Shown: positions 39,706 through 48,622 of the stretch, piece after piece
Numbering within the stretch: position 1 is the stretch's first letter
How the letters are laid out: each line of letters starts with the position of its first letter
From: an uncultured Clostridia bacterium
GTDB lineage: Bacteria; Bacillota; Clostridia; TANB77; CAG-508
Assembly (NCBI GenBank): GCA_944388795.1
Contig: CALXKD010000004.1
Span: 9,633 to 73,632 of the forward strand
Length of the DNA: 64,000 nt
Reading direction: 5' to 3'
Notes under the pieces: model-generated
The model's database searches: none
Told to the model about the DNA's origin: nothing
The model's input: the letters and a program-made list of their open reading frames with translations, nothing else
Made by a program: the position numbers and the translations under genes

Positions 39706-40650
39706 ATGAAAAAAATAACCATAATTATACCAGCATATAATGAAGAGGAATCATTACCACCACTATATGAAAGATTAGAAAAATTAATGAATTCTATGGA
39801 GAATTATGAATTTGAAATCTTATTTGTAAATGATGGAAGTAAAGATAATACAATTAATTTAATAAAAGAATATCGCCAAAAAGATAAAAGAATCAGTTAT
39901 GTTGATTTTTCTAGAAATTTTGGAAAAGAAATTGCCATGATTGCAGGATTAGATTATGCAACAGGAGATTGTGTCATATTTATGGATGCGGATTTACAAG
40001 ATCCACCAGAATTGATTCCAGAATTAGTAAAATACTGGGAAGAAGGATATGATGATGTTTATGCTAAAAGAAATTCAAGAAAAGGGGAGACTTGGTTAAA
40101 GAAATTTACATCTAAAATGTATTATAGAGTACTTCAACATTTAACAAATGTTCCAATTCAAAAAGATACAGGTGATTTCAGATTATTAGATAGAAGATGT
40201 GTGAATGCATTGAAAAAAATGAGAGAATCTCAAAGAAATTCTAAAAGTATGTTTAGTTGGATTGGTTACAAAAAGAAAGAGGTATTGTATGATAGGGATC
40301 CAAGAATTGCAGGTCAAACAAAATGGAATTACAAAAAGTTAGTAGATTTAGCAATTGATGGAATCACATCATTTACCACATCACCACTTAGAATATCAAC
40401 ATATATTAGTATACCAACATTTATACTTTTATTTATATATTTTATATATGTGATTGTAAAATGTATTGTAACAAGTACAGCAATACAAGCATATCAAGCA
40501 ATTATATTATTAATTTTATTCTTCTCAGGAGTACAAATTTTATTATTTGGTATTATAGGCGAATATCTAGGAAGAATCTTTAATGAAAGTAAAAATAGAC
40601 CATTATATTTAGTAAATGAGTATAATGGAGAAAAAGAAAAGAATGAATAG
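39706..40650 (+). CDS. GT2 polyprenyl-phosphate glycosyltransferase (second GtrB/CsbB-like copy)
   Basis: Start at ATG 39706 behind AAGGAAG. ITIIIPAYNEEESL, VNDGSKD, FSRNFGKEIA and IFMDADLQDPP, plus two C-terminal TM helices. Paralog of 27411-28343. Confidence 0.88.
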   Translation: MKKITIIIPAYNEEESLPPLYERLEKLMNSMENYEFEILFVNDGSKDNTINLIKEYRQKDKRISYVDFSRNFGKEIAMIAGLDYATGDCVIFMDADLQDPPELIPELVKYWEEGYDDVYAKRNSRKGETWLKKFTSKMYYRVLQHLTNVPIQKDTGDFRLLDRRCVNALKKMRESQRNSKSMFSWIGYKKKEVLYDRDPRIAGQTKWNYKKLVDLAIDGITSFTTSPLRISTYISIPTFILLFIYFIYVIVKCIVTSTAIQAYQAIILLILFFSGVQILLFGIIGEYLGRIFNESKNRPLYLVNEYNGEKEKNE

Positions 40651-40657
40651 AAAAAGA

Positions 40658-40683
40658 AAAAAGATGTTTAACATCTTTTTTTT
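40658..40683 (+). terminator. Rho-independent terminator
   Basis: aaaaagatgtt t aacatcttttttttt. Confidence 0.75.
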
Positions 40684-40711
40684 CTTATAAAAAGGTATTT
40701 TGTAAAAAAAG

Positions 40712-40740
40712 TTGACAAGAATATGATTTAATAGTATACT
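40712..40740 (+). promoter_or_regulatory. SigmaA-type promoter of the DedA gene
   Basis: TTGACA (40712-40717), 17-nt spacer, TATACT (40735-40740). Confidence 0.65.
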
Positions 40741-40770
40741 ACAACCATCTTATAAAAAAGGAGAAAATAT

Positions 40771-41430
40771 ATGCAAGAGATAATGCTATCCATAATGGAA
40801 CAATTTGGATATTTAGGGGTATTTTTTTTAATTGCAATTGAAAATATTTTTCCACCAATTCCATCAGAGGCAGTATTGTTATTTGGCGGATTTATGACGA
40901 CTTATACAGGTCTTAATCTAGTGGTTATGATTGTGGCAGCAACTATAGGATCACTTGTAGGAGCGCTTGTTTTATATTATGCAGGAAGAGTTTTAAGTAA
41001 AGAAAGACTAAAAAAAGTTGTTTCTGGAAAAATTGGAAAAATGTTAAGATTAAAAGCAGAGGATATTGATAAGGCAGATAAATGGTTTTATGAAAAAGGA
41101 AATAAAACAGTATTTTTCTGTAGATTTATTCCAATTGTTAGAAGTTTAATATCTATTCCAGCAGGAATTAGTAAAATGTCTATGGGAAAATTTCTACTTT
41201 ATACAACAGCAGGTTCAGCTGTATGGAATACAGTCCTACTAACAATAGGCAATATGGTAGGTGAAAATTGGGTAAATATGATTACTATTTTTGAACAATA
41301 CTCTCATATTACATTAGCTGTGTTAGCCATCATATTTATTTTAGGCTGTTTATTGTTTTACTGGAAAAAAACAAACAAATTTATCTTCAAAAGAAAAGTT
41401 TATTATATAGAAGATTCTTCTATGGATTAG
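40771..41430 (+). CDS. DedA family membrane protein
   Basis: GYLGVFFLIAIENIFPPIPSEAVLLFGGF and FFCRFIPIVRSLISIPAG are typical DedA/SNARE-associated motifs. Confidence 0.85.
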   Translation: MQEIMLSIMEQFGYLGVFFLIAIENIFPPIPSEAVLLFGGFMTTYTGLNLVVMIVAATIGSLVGALVLYYAGRVLSKERLKKVVSGKIGKMLRLKAEDIDKADKWFYEKGNKTVFFCRFIPIVRSLISIPAGISKMSMGKFLLYTTAGSAVWNTVLLTIGNMVGENWVNMITIFEQYSHITLAVLAIIFILGCLLFYWKKTNKFIFKRKVYYIEDSSMD

Positions 41431-41448
41431 CATAAAAAGAAAATGGGA

Positions 41449-41710
41449 TTGAAAAATAAATGAAGATGTGATAAAATAGTAAATGAAAATAAAAGAAAGG
41501 TTAAATAGGTGCAAAGATAATGATTATTAATAAACTAAAATATATGAAATAATATATAATCATATTTTAGAATGGTTTATTAATAATGCAAATTTTCAAG
41601 ATAATATATCTTATATAAAAATGAATACGTTAATAATATTGAACATATATAAGTATCAAATGAGATAAATAATAAACTCCTTCTTTAATATGATTAAAGG
41701 AGGAGTTTTT
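41449..41710 (+). promoter_or_regulatory. Promoter plus ~225-nt attenuator-type leader of the ABC-F gene
   Basis: Promoter: TTGAAA (41449-41454), 17-nt spacer, TGATAAAAT (-10 at 41472-41477). Micro-ORF MIINKLKYMK at 41520-41552 with SD AGGTG at 41507-41511. Hairpin 1 pairs 41523-41543 with 41562-41587 (21 bp, 5-nt bulge) and covers the micro-ORF. Second micro-ORF MNTLIILNIYKYQMR at 41621-41668 has no SD. Hairpin 2 is at 41674-41708. Confidence 0.6.
41674..41710 (+). terminator. Leader terminator / anti-Shine-Dalgarno hairpin
   Basis: aaactccttctttaat atg attaaaggaggagttt tt: 16-bp stem with one G:U pair. The right arm contains the AAAGGAGG RBS of the ABC-F gene and runs into a T-run ending 1 nt before ATG 41711. 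Confidence 0.7.
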
Positions 41711-43300
41711 ATGGTATTAGAATTAAAAAATATAACTAAATATTATGGAGATAAAAAAGTATTAGAAATCGAGCATTTAAAAATATATGAAAATGAAAAG
41801 GTGGGGATTGTAGGAAAAAACGGCTCTGGAAAAACGACATTACTAGATATGATTTCTGGTAGAATAAAACCAGATACAGGAGAAATTATTTGTCATCAAA
41901 ATATCATATATATGGAGCAATTTGAAGAACTTGATTCTGAAAACAAGTATTTAAGTGGTGGAGAAAAAAAGAAACAAGCATTTAATAAAAAGATAGTAAA
42001 TCAAAATGGAATCTTGCTATTAGATGAACCATCAAGTAATTTAGATAGAAATGCAATAAACTATGTAGAAAAAGAATTGAAAAGGTATAAAGGTCCCATA
42101 CTTCTTATATCACATGATAGAAGTTTATTAGATGAAATCTGTACATCCATTATTGAAATAGCCGAAGGAAAAGTAAAAAAATATGAGGGAAATTATACGA
42201 AGTATAAATTACAAAAAGAAGCAGAAACCAAAAGAAAAGAATTTGAATATATACAATATATAGAGGAAAAACATAGATTAGAAAAAGCTATTCAAATTTC
42301 AAAAAATACAGCTAGAGAAGTTCGAAAAACACCCAAAAGAATGGGAAACTCTGAAGCAAGACTACATAAGAGAGGTGTTGAAAATATACGAGAAAAGCTA
42401 GAAGGACATACAAATGCATTAAAAACGAGATTAGATAAATTAGAAGTAAAAGAAAGGCCACAAAACAATTCTAAGATATGTATGCAATATCAAACAGACC
42501 AAAAGGTAAAAAGTAAAATTGCCATTCGTATAGAAAACCTAAATATTCAATTAGGAGATAAAATACTATTTAAAAATGCAAATGGTATTGTAAAAACAAA
42601 TAGTAAAACTGCTTTGATCGGTGAAAATGGAATAGGAAAAACAACATTAGTAAAGGAAATTATGCAACAACAACATCAGAGCATTAAAATAAATCCAAAT
42701 GTTAAAATAGGATATTTTAGTCAAGACTTTACCAATTTAAATATGCATACTTCTATTATAGAAAATGTCATGAAAGATACAAATTACGCAGAAGAGATTG
42801 TAAAAAATATATTAGCAAATTTACTATTCAAGGACAAGGATTTAGAAAAAAAGATAGAAGACTTAAGTGGAGGAGAAAGGGTAAAGGTATCTATTGCTAA
42901 AATATTGGTATCAGAAAACAATTTGTTATTATTGGATGAGCCTACAAACTTTTTAGATATTCCTTCTATTGAAGCTTTAGAGGATTTATTGAAGAAATAT
43001 AATGGTACTATTTTATTGGTTACACATGATAAGACATTTATAGATCATATTGCAACAGATATATGGAGAATTAGAGATCATAAAATAGAAGAATATGCAG
43101 GGAATTATTCTAGTTATTTACAATATGAAAAGGAAAAATTAAAAAAGCAAAAAAATAATAATGAAAATGATAGATTATTACTAGAATTTAAATTATCGCA
43201 AATCAGCTCAGAATTATCAATAACAAAAGATGAAAAAAGAAAAACAGAATTAGAAGAAGAATTTAATAGATTAATAAAACTGAAACATTTGACCAATTAG
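41711..43300 (+). CDS. ARE-type ABC-F ribosomal protection protein (Vga/Lsa/Sal-like)
   Basis: Two NBDs and no TMD. Walker A GKNGSGKTT and GENGIGKTT; signatures LSGGEKKK and LSGGERVK. NBD1 is short, as in Vga(A). An ~90-aa basic interdomain linker ...YIEEKHRLEKAIQISKNTAREVRKTPKRMGNSEARLHKRG...TRLDKLEVKERP resembles the Vga/Lsa antibiotic-resistance domain. Charged C-terminal extension. Confidence 0.8.
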   Translation: MVLELKNITKYYGDKKVLEIEHLKIYENEKVGIVGKNGSGKTTLLDMISGRIKPDTGEIICHQNIIYMEQFEELDSENKYLSGGEKKKQAFNKKIVNQNGILLLDEPSSNLDRNAINYVEKELKRYKGPILLISHDRSLLDEICTSIIEIAEGKVKKYEGNYTKYKLQKEAETKRKEFEYIQYIEEKHRLEKAIQISKNTAREVRKTPKRMGNSEARLHKRGVENIREKLEGHTNALKTRLDKLEVKERPQNNSKICMQYQTDQKVKSKIAIRIENLNIQLGDKILFKNANGIVKTNSKTALIGENGIGKTTLVKEIMQQQHQSIKINPNVKIGYFSQDFTNLNMHTSIIENVMKDTNYAEEIVKNILANLLFKDKDLEKKIEDLSGGERVKVSIAKILVSENNLLLLDEPTNFLDIPSIEALEDLLKKYNGTILLVTHDKTFIDHIATDIWRIRDHKIEEYAGNYSSYLQYEKEKLKKQKNNNENDRLLLEFKLSQISSELSITKDEKRKTELEEEFNRLIKLKHLTN

Positions 43301-43380
43301 AGAAAAATCAATATAATGTTAATAGGAAATAAAGAAAGGAGTATAAGATATACTTATTAAAAATATATCAATAAGAAATT

Positions 43381-44220
43381 ATGAGAATTGCTATTATTTC
43401 AGATATTCATGGGAATTTAGAAGCATTAAAAACGACATTTAAAGATATAGAAAAGAGGCATATTGATAAGATTATATGTTTAGGAGATATTATTGCTAAG
43501 GGAAATCATCCTCTAGAATGTTTAAAATTAGTCAAAGAGAAATGTGATGTTATTATACGCGGAAATTGTGACAGGCATTTTTCTGAAAACAATCATGACA
43601 TCAGTAAGATGTCAGATATTGAAAGAAAACGATTAAAATGGAACCAAAGTCTATTAAATAAAGAACAAATGAAATGGTTGAATGATTTACCATTTTGTTA
43701 TGAATTTGTGTTAAATGGAAGTCTAGTTAGATTGTTTCATGCAACACCATGGACAGATAGAGAACCAATAATTAATGAGGATAGTATTGAAACAAAATAT
43801 AAAATGTTTTTACCAACAGATAAAACAATATCTCACAAAAAAGCTGATATTGTACTTTATGGGCATATTCATCATCCATTTTTAGATAAAATTTATAATA
43901 GAACATTGATTAATGTGGGAAGTGTAGGATTCTCTTTTGATGTGATTAGAAATCAAGAAAAAGATGCAAATCTGTTAGAAACTACAATAGCAAATTATTT
44001 TATTATGGAAGGGGATTATGCATCAGAAGATTATACAGAAAATGGAATATCTTTTGAATTTAGAAGAGTTAAATATGACATAGAAAAAGAGTTAAATTGT
44101 GAAACAAATAATCCAGAAAAGGATAATTACATATATGAGATTAAGAACGGAATGTATGGAAATATGCAAAAAATCAATGATAACTTTAGAAGATTAGGGG
44201 TAAATCCAGATGAATTTTAG
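43381..44220 (+). CDS. Metallophosphoesterase family protein
   Basis: MRIAIISDIHGN, CLGDIIAKG, RGNCD and YGHIHHPF are calcineurin-like phosphoesterase motifs. Confidence 0.82.
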   Translation: MRIAIISDIHGNLEALKTTFKDIEKRHIDKIICLGDIIAKGNHPLECLKLVKEKCDVIIRGNCDRHFSENNHDISKMSDIERKRLKWNQSLLNKEQMKWLNDLPFCYEFVLNGSLVRLFHATPWTDREPIINEDSIETKYKMFLPTDKTISHKKADIVLYGHIHHPFLDKIYNRTLINVGSVGFSFDVIRNQEKDANLLETTIANYFIMEGDYASEDYTENGISFEFRRVKYDIEKELNCETNNPEKDNYIYEIKNGMYGNMQKINDNFRRLGVNPDEF

Positions 44221-44329
44221 GTGGAATATAATAGCAAAAATTGGACATCAAATTTTAACACAAACATATTGAAAAATACACATTTTTTTGTTAGATTTAA
44301 GGAAACAAAGGAAAAGGTGATGATATGAT

Positions 44330-44767
44330 ATGATAAGAAAAATAAAAGAAGAAGATTTAACAAATGTTATGACAATATGGGTTAAAGGAAATTTTAAAGC
44401 AAATAGCTTTATTGAAAAAGATTATTGGTTAGAAATCTATAATCAAACAAAATTAGATTTTTTAGAAAATTATAAAACCTATGTATATGTTGAGAATGAC
44501 GAAATCTTAGGATTTATTTCTATTTGTGACAATGAAATTAAAGCCATATATGTAAAAGAAGAAAAAAGAGGAAATGGAATTGGAACTAAATTGTTAAATC
44601 ATTGCAGAGATAATCTAGAAGAAAATATAGAAATGTATGTAAAAATATTTGAAAAAAATATGAATGGGATTCTATTTTTTTCAAAACGACAATTTAAAAA
44701 TAACAAAATACAATTAAATGAGCAGTTTAATGAAACAGAATATGTAATGACTTGGAAAAAAGAATAA
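44330..44767 (+). CDS. GNAT family N-acetyltransferase
   Basis: 145 aa. Motif A is IYVKEEKRGNGIGTKLLNH (R-x-x-G-x-G). Confidence 0.75.
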   Translation: MIRKIKEEDLTNVMTIWVKGNFKANSFIEKDYWLEIYNQTKLDFLENYKTYVYVENDEILGFISICDNEIKAIYVKEEKRGNGIGTKLLNHCRDNLEENIEMYVKIFEKNMNGILFFSKRQFKNNKIQLNEQFNETEYVMTWKKE

Positions 44768-44790
44768 AATAAAAGGATTTATTGGAAAAA

Positions 44791-44817
44791 TAAAGCATAT
44801 AATGCTTTATTTTTTTA
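44791..44817 (+). terminator. Short hairpin plus T-run
   Basis: aaagcat ata atgcttt attttttt. Confidence 0.55.
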
Positions 44818-44982
44818 TCTTAAGAAAATTTTAATATTTCGTAAAAAAATATTTAATAAATCATTGCTATACTAAATATGACAAAAATGTAAGATAAAAT
44901 ATAATGCAAAATGCATACATTTTAGGAAAAATGTGGTATAATATATATGTTATGTTTATTACGATAAACAGAAAGGATAAAT

Positions 44983-45714
44983 ATGAGTAGAAAAAGTAAG
45001 ATAAAGATATTTAGAATACTATTAGCAATCATAGCAGCAGTCATTATTATAGGTGTTATTGCATATTTAATACCTGTTATGAAAAATTTAAGTACAATAG
45101 AAGGACAAGAAGCGTTTAAAAACAAAGTAAATGATTCAGGTTTTATTGGATTATTAATGTTATTTGGATTACAGGTAGCACAAGTTTTTTTAATCATATT
45201 ACCAGGAGAACCCATAGAAATTTTAGCAGGTATGTGTTATGGCGGATGGGGAGGTCTATTATTTATAACCATATCTGTATGTATTATCACAACGGCAATA
45301 TTCTTTTTAGTAAGAAAATTGGGAAGAAGATTTGTTTATGATATTTGTGATGAGGAAAAAGTAAAAAAGATAGAAAACAGTAAACTATTTAAAAATCCGA
45401 AGAAAATTGAATGGATTATGCTTATTCTGTTTATGATACCAGGAACACCAAAAGATTTATTAGTATATATCGCAGGCTTGTTACCAATTAAGCCTTTAAG
45501 ATTTATATTAATAGCTACATTTGCTAGATTACCCTCAGTAGTATCTTCAACATTTGCAGGAAATACTTTAATGAGAGGAGACTGGAAATCAAGTTTAATT
45601 ATTTATGCAATTACCTTTTTATTAGTAGGAATCTTAGTACTTATTATTAATAAATTTGATAAGAGTAAAGTAACGCAAGAAGCATTAAAATCAATACAAA
45701 ATGATATGAAATAG
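44983..45714 (+). CDS. TVP38/TMEM64 family membrane protein
   Basis: ILPGEPIEILAGMCYG, PGTPKDLLVYIAGL and FARLPSVVSSTFAG are typical of this DedA-related family. Confidence 0.75.
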   Translation: MSRKSKIKIFRILLAIIAAVIIIGVIAYLIPVMKNLSTIEGQEAFKNKVNDSGFIGLLMLFGLQVAQVFLIILPGEPIEILAGMCYGGWGGLLFITISVCIITTAIFFLVRKLGRRFVYDICDEEKVKKIENSKLFKNPKKIEWIMLILFMIPGTPKDLLVYIAGLLPIKPLRFILIATFARLPSVVSSTFAGNTLMRGDWKSSLIIYAITFLLVGILVLIINKFDKSKVTQEALKSIQNDMK

Positions 45715-45735
45715 AAAGGAAATAAAGGGAAGTTT

Positions 45736-46287
45736 ATGGAAAGAGAAGTAGTGTTAGCAAAAACTACAAAAGATAAAATAATTGAATATATCATCTATTT
45801 TTTCATATATTCTTTTTTAGGATGGTTAATAGAAACAATTTATGCTTTATTTGTTCATGGCTATTTTGTAAAAAGAGGATTTCTATTTGGACCTATTTGT
45901 CCAATATATGGTTTTGGAGCAGTTTTACTGTTGATGGCCACCAAAAAATTATATAAAAAACCGTTTATAAAATTTTTGATTGCTACCATTGCATTTACAT
46001 TATTTGAATATATGGTTTCTTTTATATTAGAAATGCTTTTTGGACTAAGATGGTGGGATTATTCAAATGACTTTTTAAATATCCAAGGACGAGTAAGCTT
46101 ATTATATTCTATATTTTGGGGTATTATTGGAGTAATTTTGTTAGAAAAGTTACATCCATATATCCAAGATAAAATACAAAAAATAACAAAAGGAAATACA
46201 AATCATTTACAAGGATTAGTGTGCATATCTTTAATTATCATATTATTATTAGATACAACTTTCTCAGCTATAAAATACTTAAAATAA
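45736..46287 (+). CDS. Membrane protein of the 'putative ABC-transporter type IV' (CmpB-like) family, paralog 1
   Basis: FLGWLIETIY, RGFLFGPICPIYGFGAV, F.EY..S...E...G.RWWDYS, NIQGRVSL and FWG. Confidence 0.6.
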   Translation: MEREVVLAKTTKDKIIEYIIYFFIYSFLGWLIETIYALFVHGYFVKRGFLFGPICPIYGFGAVLLLMATKKLYKKPFIKFLIATIAFTLFEYMVSFILEMLFGLRWWDYSNDFLNIQGRVSLLYSIFWGIIGVILLEKLHPYIQDKIQKITKGNTNHLQGLVCISLIIILLLDTTFSAIKYLK

Positions 46288-46319
46288 GAGGGATTAAGGT
46301 AGATACTTTAATCCCTCTT
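46287..46319 (+). terminator. Hairpin after paralog 1 (no clear T-run)
   Basis: aagagggattaa ggtagatac ttaatccctctt. Confidence 0.45.
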
Positions 46320-46497
46320 CTATGATATATTTTAACATTTCCTTAATAATAACTTAAAGTAAATTTAAGAAACCCTAAAAGTATTATTAATATTTACATG
46401 ATATAGTTAACTTACAAAAATGTAATAGAAATGTAAGAAAAATCAATTGGGAGGAAGCTTAAAGATGGAATAAAATAATATAAAAGGGGTGGGACAG

Positions 46498-47142
46498 ATG
46501 AAAAAAGAGAAATATATTAACGAAATGATCAAAATATTTTGGGTATTTATTATAGGAAGTATAATTGGCTATATTGTAGAAATGATTGTAGGTTTTGTCC
46601 AAAATGGACATTTTGTATCTAGACAAGGCTTGGTATTTGGTCCATTTGCACAAGTATATGGATTAGGAATTTTAGTATATTATATAGTGGTTCCTAAGAT
46701 TAAAGGAGGATATGTAAAGATTTTTTTAGTTACCATGGTATTAGGTGGTATTGTAGAATATTTATGCTCTTATTTTCAAGAGGTTTTATTTGGAACGATA
46801 TCATGGGATTATTCAGATTTATGGTTTAATATTAATGGAAGAACCAGTTTATTACATTGTACATATTGGGGAATAGGGGGCGTATTATTTATGAAGTATA
46901 TCATGCCATTCATAGAGAATATAGGAAAAGTTACTAAAAATAACTATTTTAAAACAGTTACAGCTTTATTTGCTATATTCATGATATTTAATATATCTGT
47001 ATCATCAATGGCAGCAATTAGACAAGATGAAAGAAATCGTGAAATTGCAGCATCAAGCAATATAGATGCATTTTTTGATAAATATTATTCTGATGAAGTA
47101 ATGGATGAAATTTATGAAAATAAAATTGAAGTAAGAAGATAG
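46498..47142 (+). CDS. CmpB-like membrane protein, paralog 2
   Basis: Start at ATG 46498 behind AAAAGGGG. GYIVEMIVGFV, RQGLVFGPFAQVYGLG, VEYLCSYFQEVLFGTISWDYS, NINGRTSL and YWG. Confidence 0.6.
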   Translation: MKKEKYINEMIKIFWVFIIGSIIGYIVEMIVGFVQNGHFVSRQGLVFGPFAQVYGLGILVYYIVVPKIKGGYVKIFLVTMVLGGIVEYLCSYFQEVLFGTISWDYSDLWFNINGRTSLLHCTYWGIGGVLFMKYIMPFIENIGKVTKNNYFKTVTALFAIFMIFNISVSSMAAIRQDERNREIAASSNIDAFFDKYYSDEVMDEIYENKIEVRR

Positions 47143-47150
47143 AAAATACA

Positions 47151-47187
47151 AAAAAAACGAAACCTCTAAAAAGGTTCCGTTTTTTTA
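47151..47187. terminator. Bidirectional terminator between convergent genes
   Basis: aaaaaaa cgaaacct ctaaaa aggttccg ttttttt: A-run and T-run flank a stem with one mismatch. Confidence 0.7.
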
Positions 47188-47200
47188 AAGCTTAAAAGAA

Positions 47201-47470
47201 TTATCTTTTGAGATTTTGATATTTTCTCTTAGTTGCCATTCCGCCTCTTATGTGCCGTTCGCTCTTATTTTCATCCAGCACTTTACGAACCTGTTCATAT
47301 AAGAGTGGTGAGATAATAGGCAGGCGGTCTGTTAAATCCTTGTGTACTGTAGATTTGGATAAATAGTAAGCCTGGGCAGTTGCCCGAACCGTTGAATGGT
47401 AATCGACTGTGTAGTTTGCTAATTCCCATACCCGTTCATAGATTTCTTCGCTTTTCCTTTTCCTATTCAT
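47201..47470 (-). CDS. spoIIID: SpoIIID-like sporulation transcriptional regulator
   Basis: STVRATAQAYYLSKSTVHKDLTDRLPIISPLLYEQVRKVLDENKSERHIRGGMATKRKY matches the SpoIIID HTH (..VSKSTVHKDLTERLP...) and the C-terminal basic region (HLRGGEATK.KY). Start placed at the internal ATG (MNRKRK...) behind GAAGGGAG; ATG 47488 is also possible. Confidence 0.85.
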   Translation of the reverse strand: MNRKRKSEEIYERVWELANYTVDYHSTVRATAQAYYLSKSTVHKDLTDRLPIISPLLYEQVRKVLDENKSERHIRGGMATKRKYQNLKR

Positions 47471-47582
47471 GTATGCTACTCCCTTCATTTTAAATTAAAC
47501 ACATTATATCACAATTCATAAGGAAAACAAGATTTTTAGGTGAATATTTCTAATATAATAAATATTAAAAAATAAAACATTA

Positions 47583-47616
47583 CAAGAAAAATGGACTCCT
47601 CAGAGAAGGAGTCCAT
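47583..47616 (-). terminator. Terminator of sigma paralog 1
   Basis: atggactcct cagaga aggagtccat: 10-bp stem. A T-run follows on the minus strand. Confidence 0.8.
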
Positions 47617-47623
47617 TATCCTT

Positions 47624-48475
47624 TTAGTTGTTCTCAATAAAAAAGTTTAAATAAAGTTCAGCTAACATTGTAAAAATTTCTTCTGAAATCAATGTTTTTA
47701 TCGAAATGTATGGTTCATTGTTCAATATAGTATATTGGTATTCTTCTTGATGCTCTTTTAGAAATTTTTCAAGTTCATCACGATCAAAGTATTGTGTATC
47801 AAACCTAAAAACAAGAGTTGCTTCTTTAGGACAGAAAACAGAAATTTTACATATATAATCTATTTTAGGTCCATAAGCAATTTCTTTGACCTTTTTACGG
47901 ATTATCTTTAATTTTCTTGAAATACAAGACCGTGAGTATAAAAGTATATCTCCAATTTCCTGCTGTGTTTTTCCAGAAAGCTGATATAAAAATATTACCA
48001 CATCTTTACTTTCCAAGTGATTTAAGATAACTGTTAATAAGTAAGATATGAAATCAGAATCTTCATACAGCTTAATAGAATCATGATTTGAATCAGAAAG
48101 AACATCGTATAGATTTAAATTTTCTTCTTCATTGACAGTAATTTCTAATGATGTTTCATGTGTAGAAAATTTTTTAAAACTCTCTAAGTACATTAAAATT
48201 TCATTCCGTATACAAACAGATGCATACGTAGAAAATTTAGTTTTCTTCTCAATAGAAAATGTAGAAGCTGCTTTGATTAGTCCTATTATACCGATTGAAA
48301 GTAAGTCTTCTTTCGATATGCCATTAAATTCAAAATTTTTTGCCATATATAAGACCAACCGCAAATTTTTCTTAACAAGTATATTTTGAGCTTCCTGACT
48401 GGGAAGTTGTTCTAATATATACTCTTCCTCTGTAGTGGTTAATCGTGGCGGTAATTGTAAAGTACCATCATACAT
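47624..48475 (-). CDS. SigE/SigK-like sigma-70 family factor with extra C-terminal domain (paralog 1)
   Basis: Start MYDGTLQLPPRLTTTEEEYILEQL behind AAGGGAGG. Region 2: KNLRLVLYMAKNF...LLSIGIIGLIKAASTFSIEKKTKFSTYASVCIRNEILMY. Region 4: LSGKTQQEIGDILLYSRSCISRKLKIIRKKVKE. About 75 further aa follow (ISVFCPKEATLVFRFDTQYF...EEYQYTILNNEPYISIK...FTMLAELYLNFFIENN). Confidence 0.85.
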   Translation of the reverse strand: MYDGTLQLPPRLTTTEEEYILEQLPSQEAQNILVKKNLRLVLYMAKNFEFNGISKEDLLSIGIIGLIKAASTFSIEKKTKFSTYASVCIRNEILMYLESFKKFSTHETSLEITVNEEENLNLYDVLSDSNHDSIKLYEDSDFISYLLTVILNHLESKDVVIFLYQLSGKTQQEIGDILLYSRSCISRKLKIIRKKVKEIAYGPKIDYICKISVFCPKEATLVFRFDTQYFDRDELEKFLKEHQEEYQYTILNNEPYISIKTLISEEIFTMLAELYLNFFIENN

Positions 48476-48525
48476 TTTTAAAGCCTCCCTTAACAACTAA
48501 TCCCTAAACCGACTATAATGCACAT

Positions 48526-48554
48526 ATTATATCAAAAGAAATTGATATAATCAA
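48526..48554 (-). promoter_or_regulatory. SigmaA-type promoter of sigma paralog 1
   Basis: Minus strand: TTGATT, 17-nt spacer, TGATATAAT. Confidence 0.65.
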
Positions 48555-48569
48555 TAGAAACATGATGAA

Positions 48570-48612
48570 TTAAAAAAGAGATAAGCGGAGTCTTTATAGT
48601 AAAGTCTCCGCT
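48570..48612 (-). terminator. Terminator of sigma paralog 2
   Basis: agcggagtcttt atagt aaagtctccgct: 12-bp stem with one mismatch. A T-run follows on the minus strand. Confidence 0.8.
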
Positions 48613-48622
48613 TTAGATAAGC

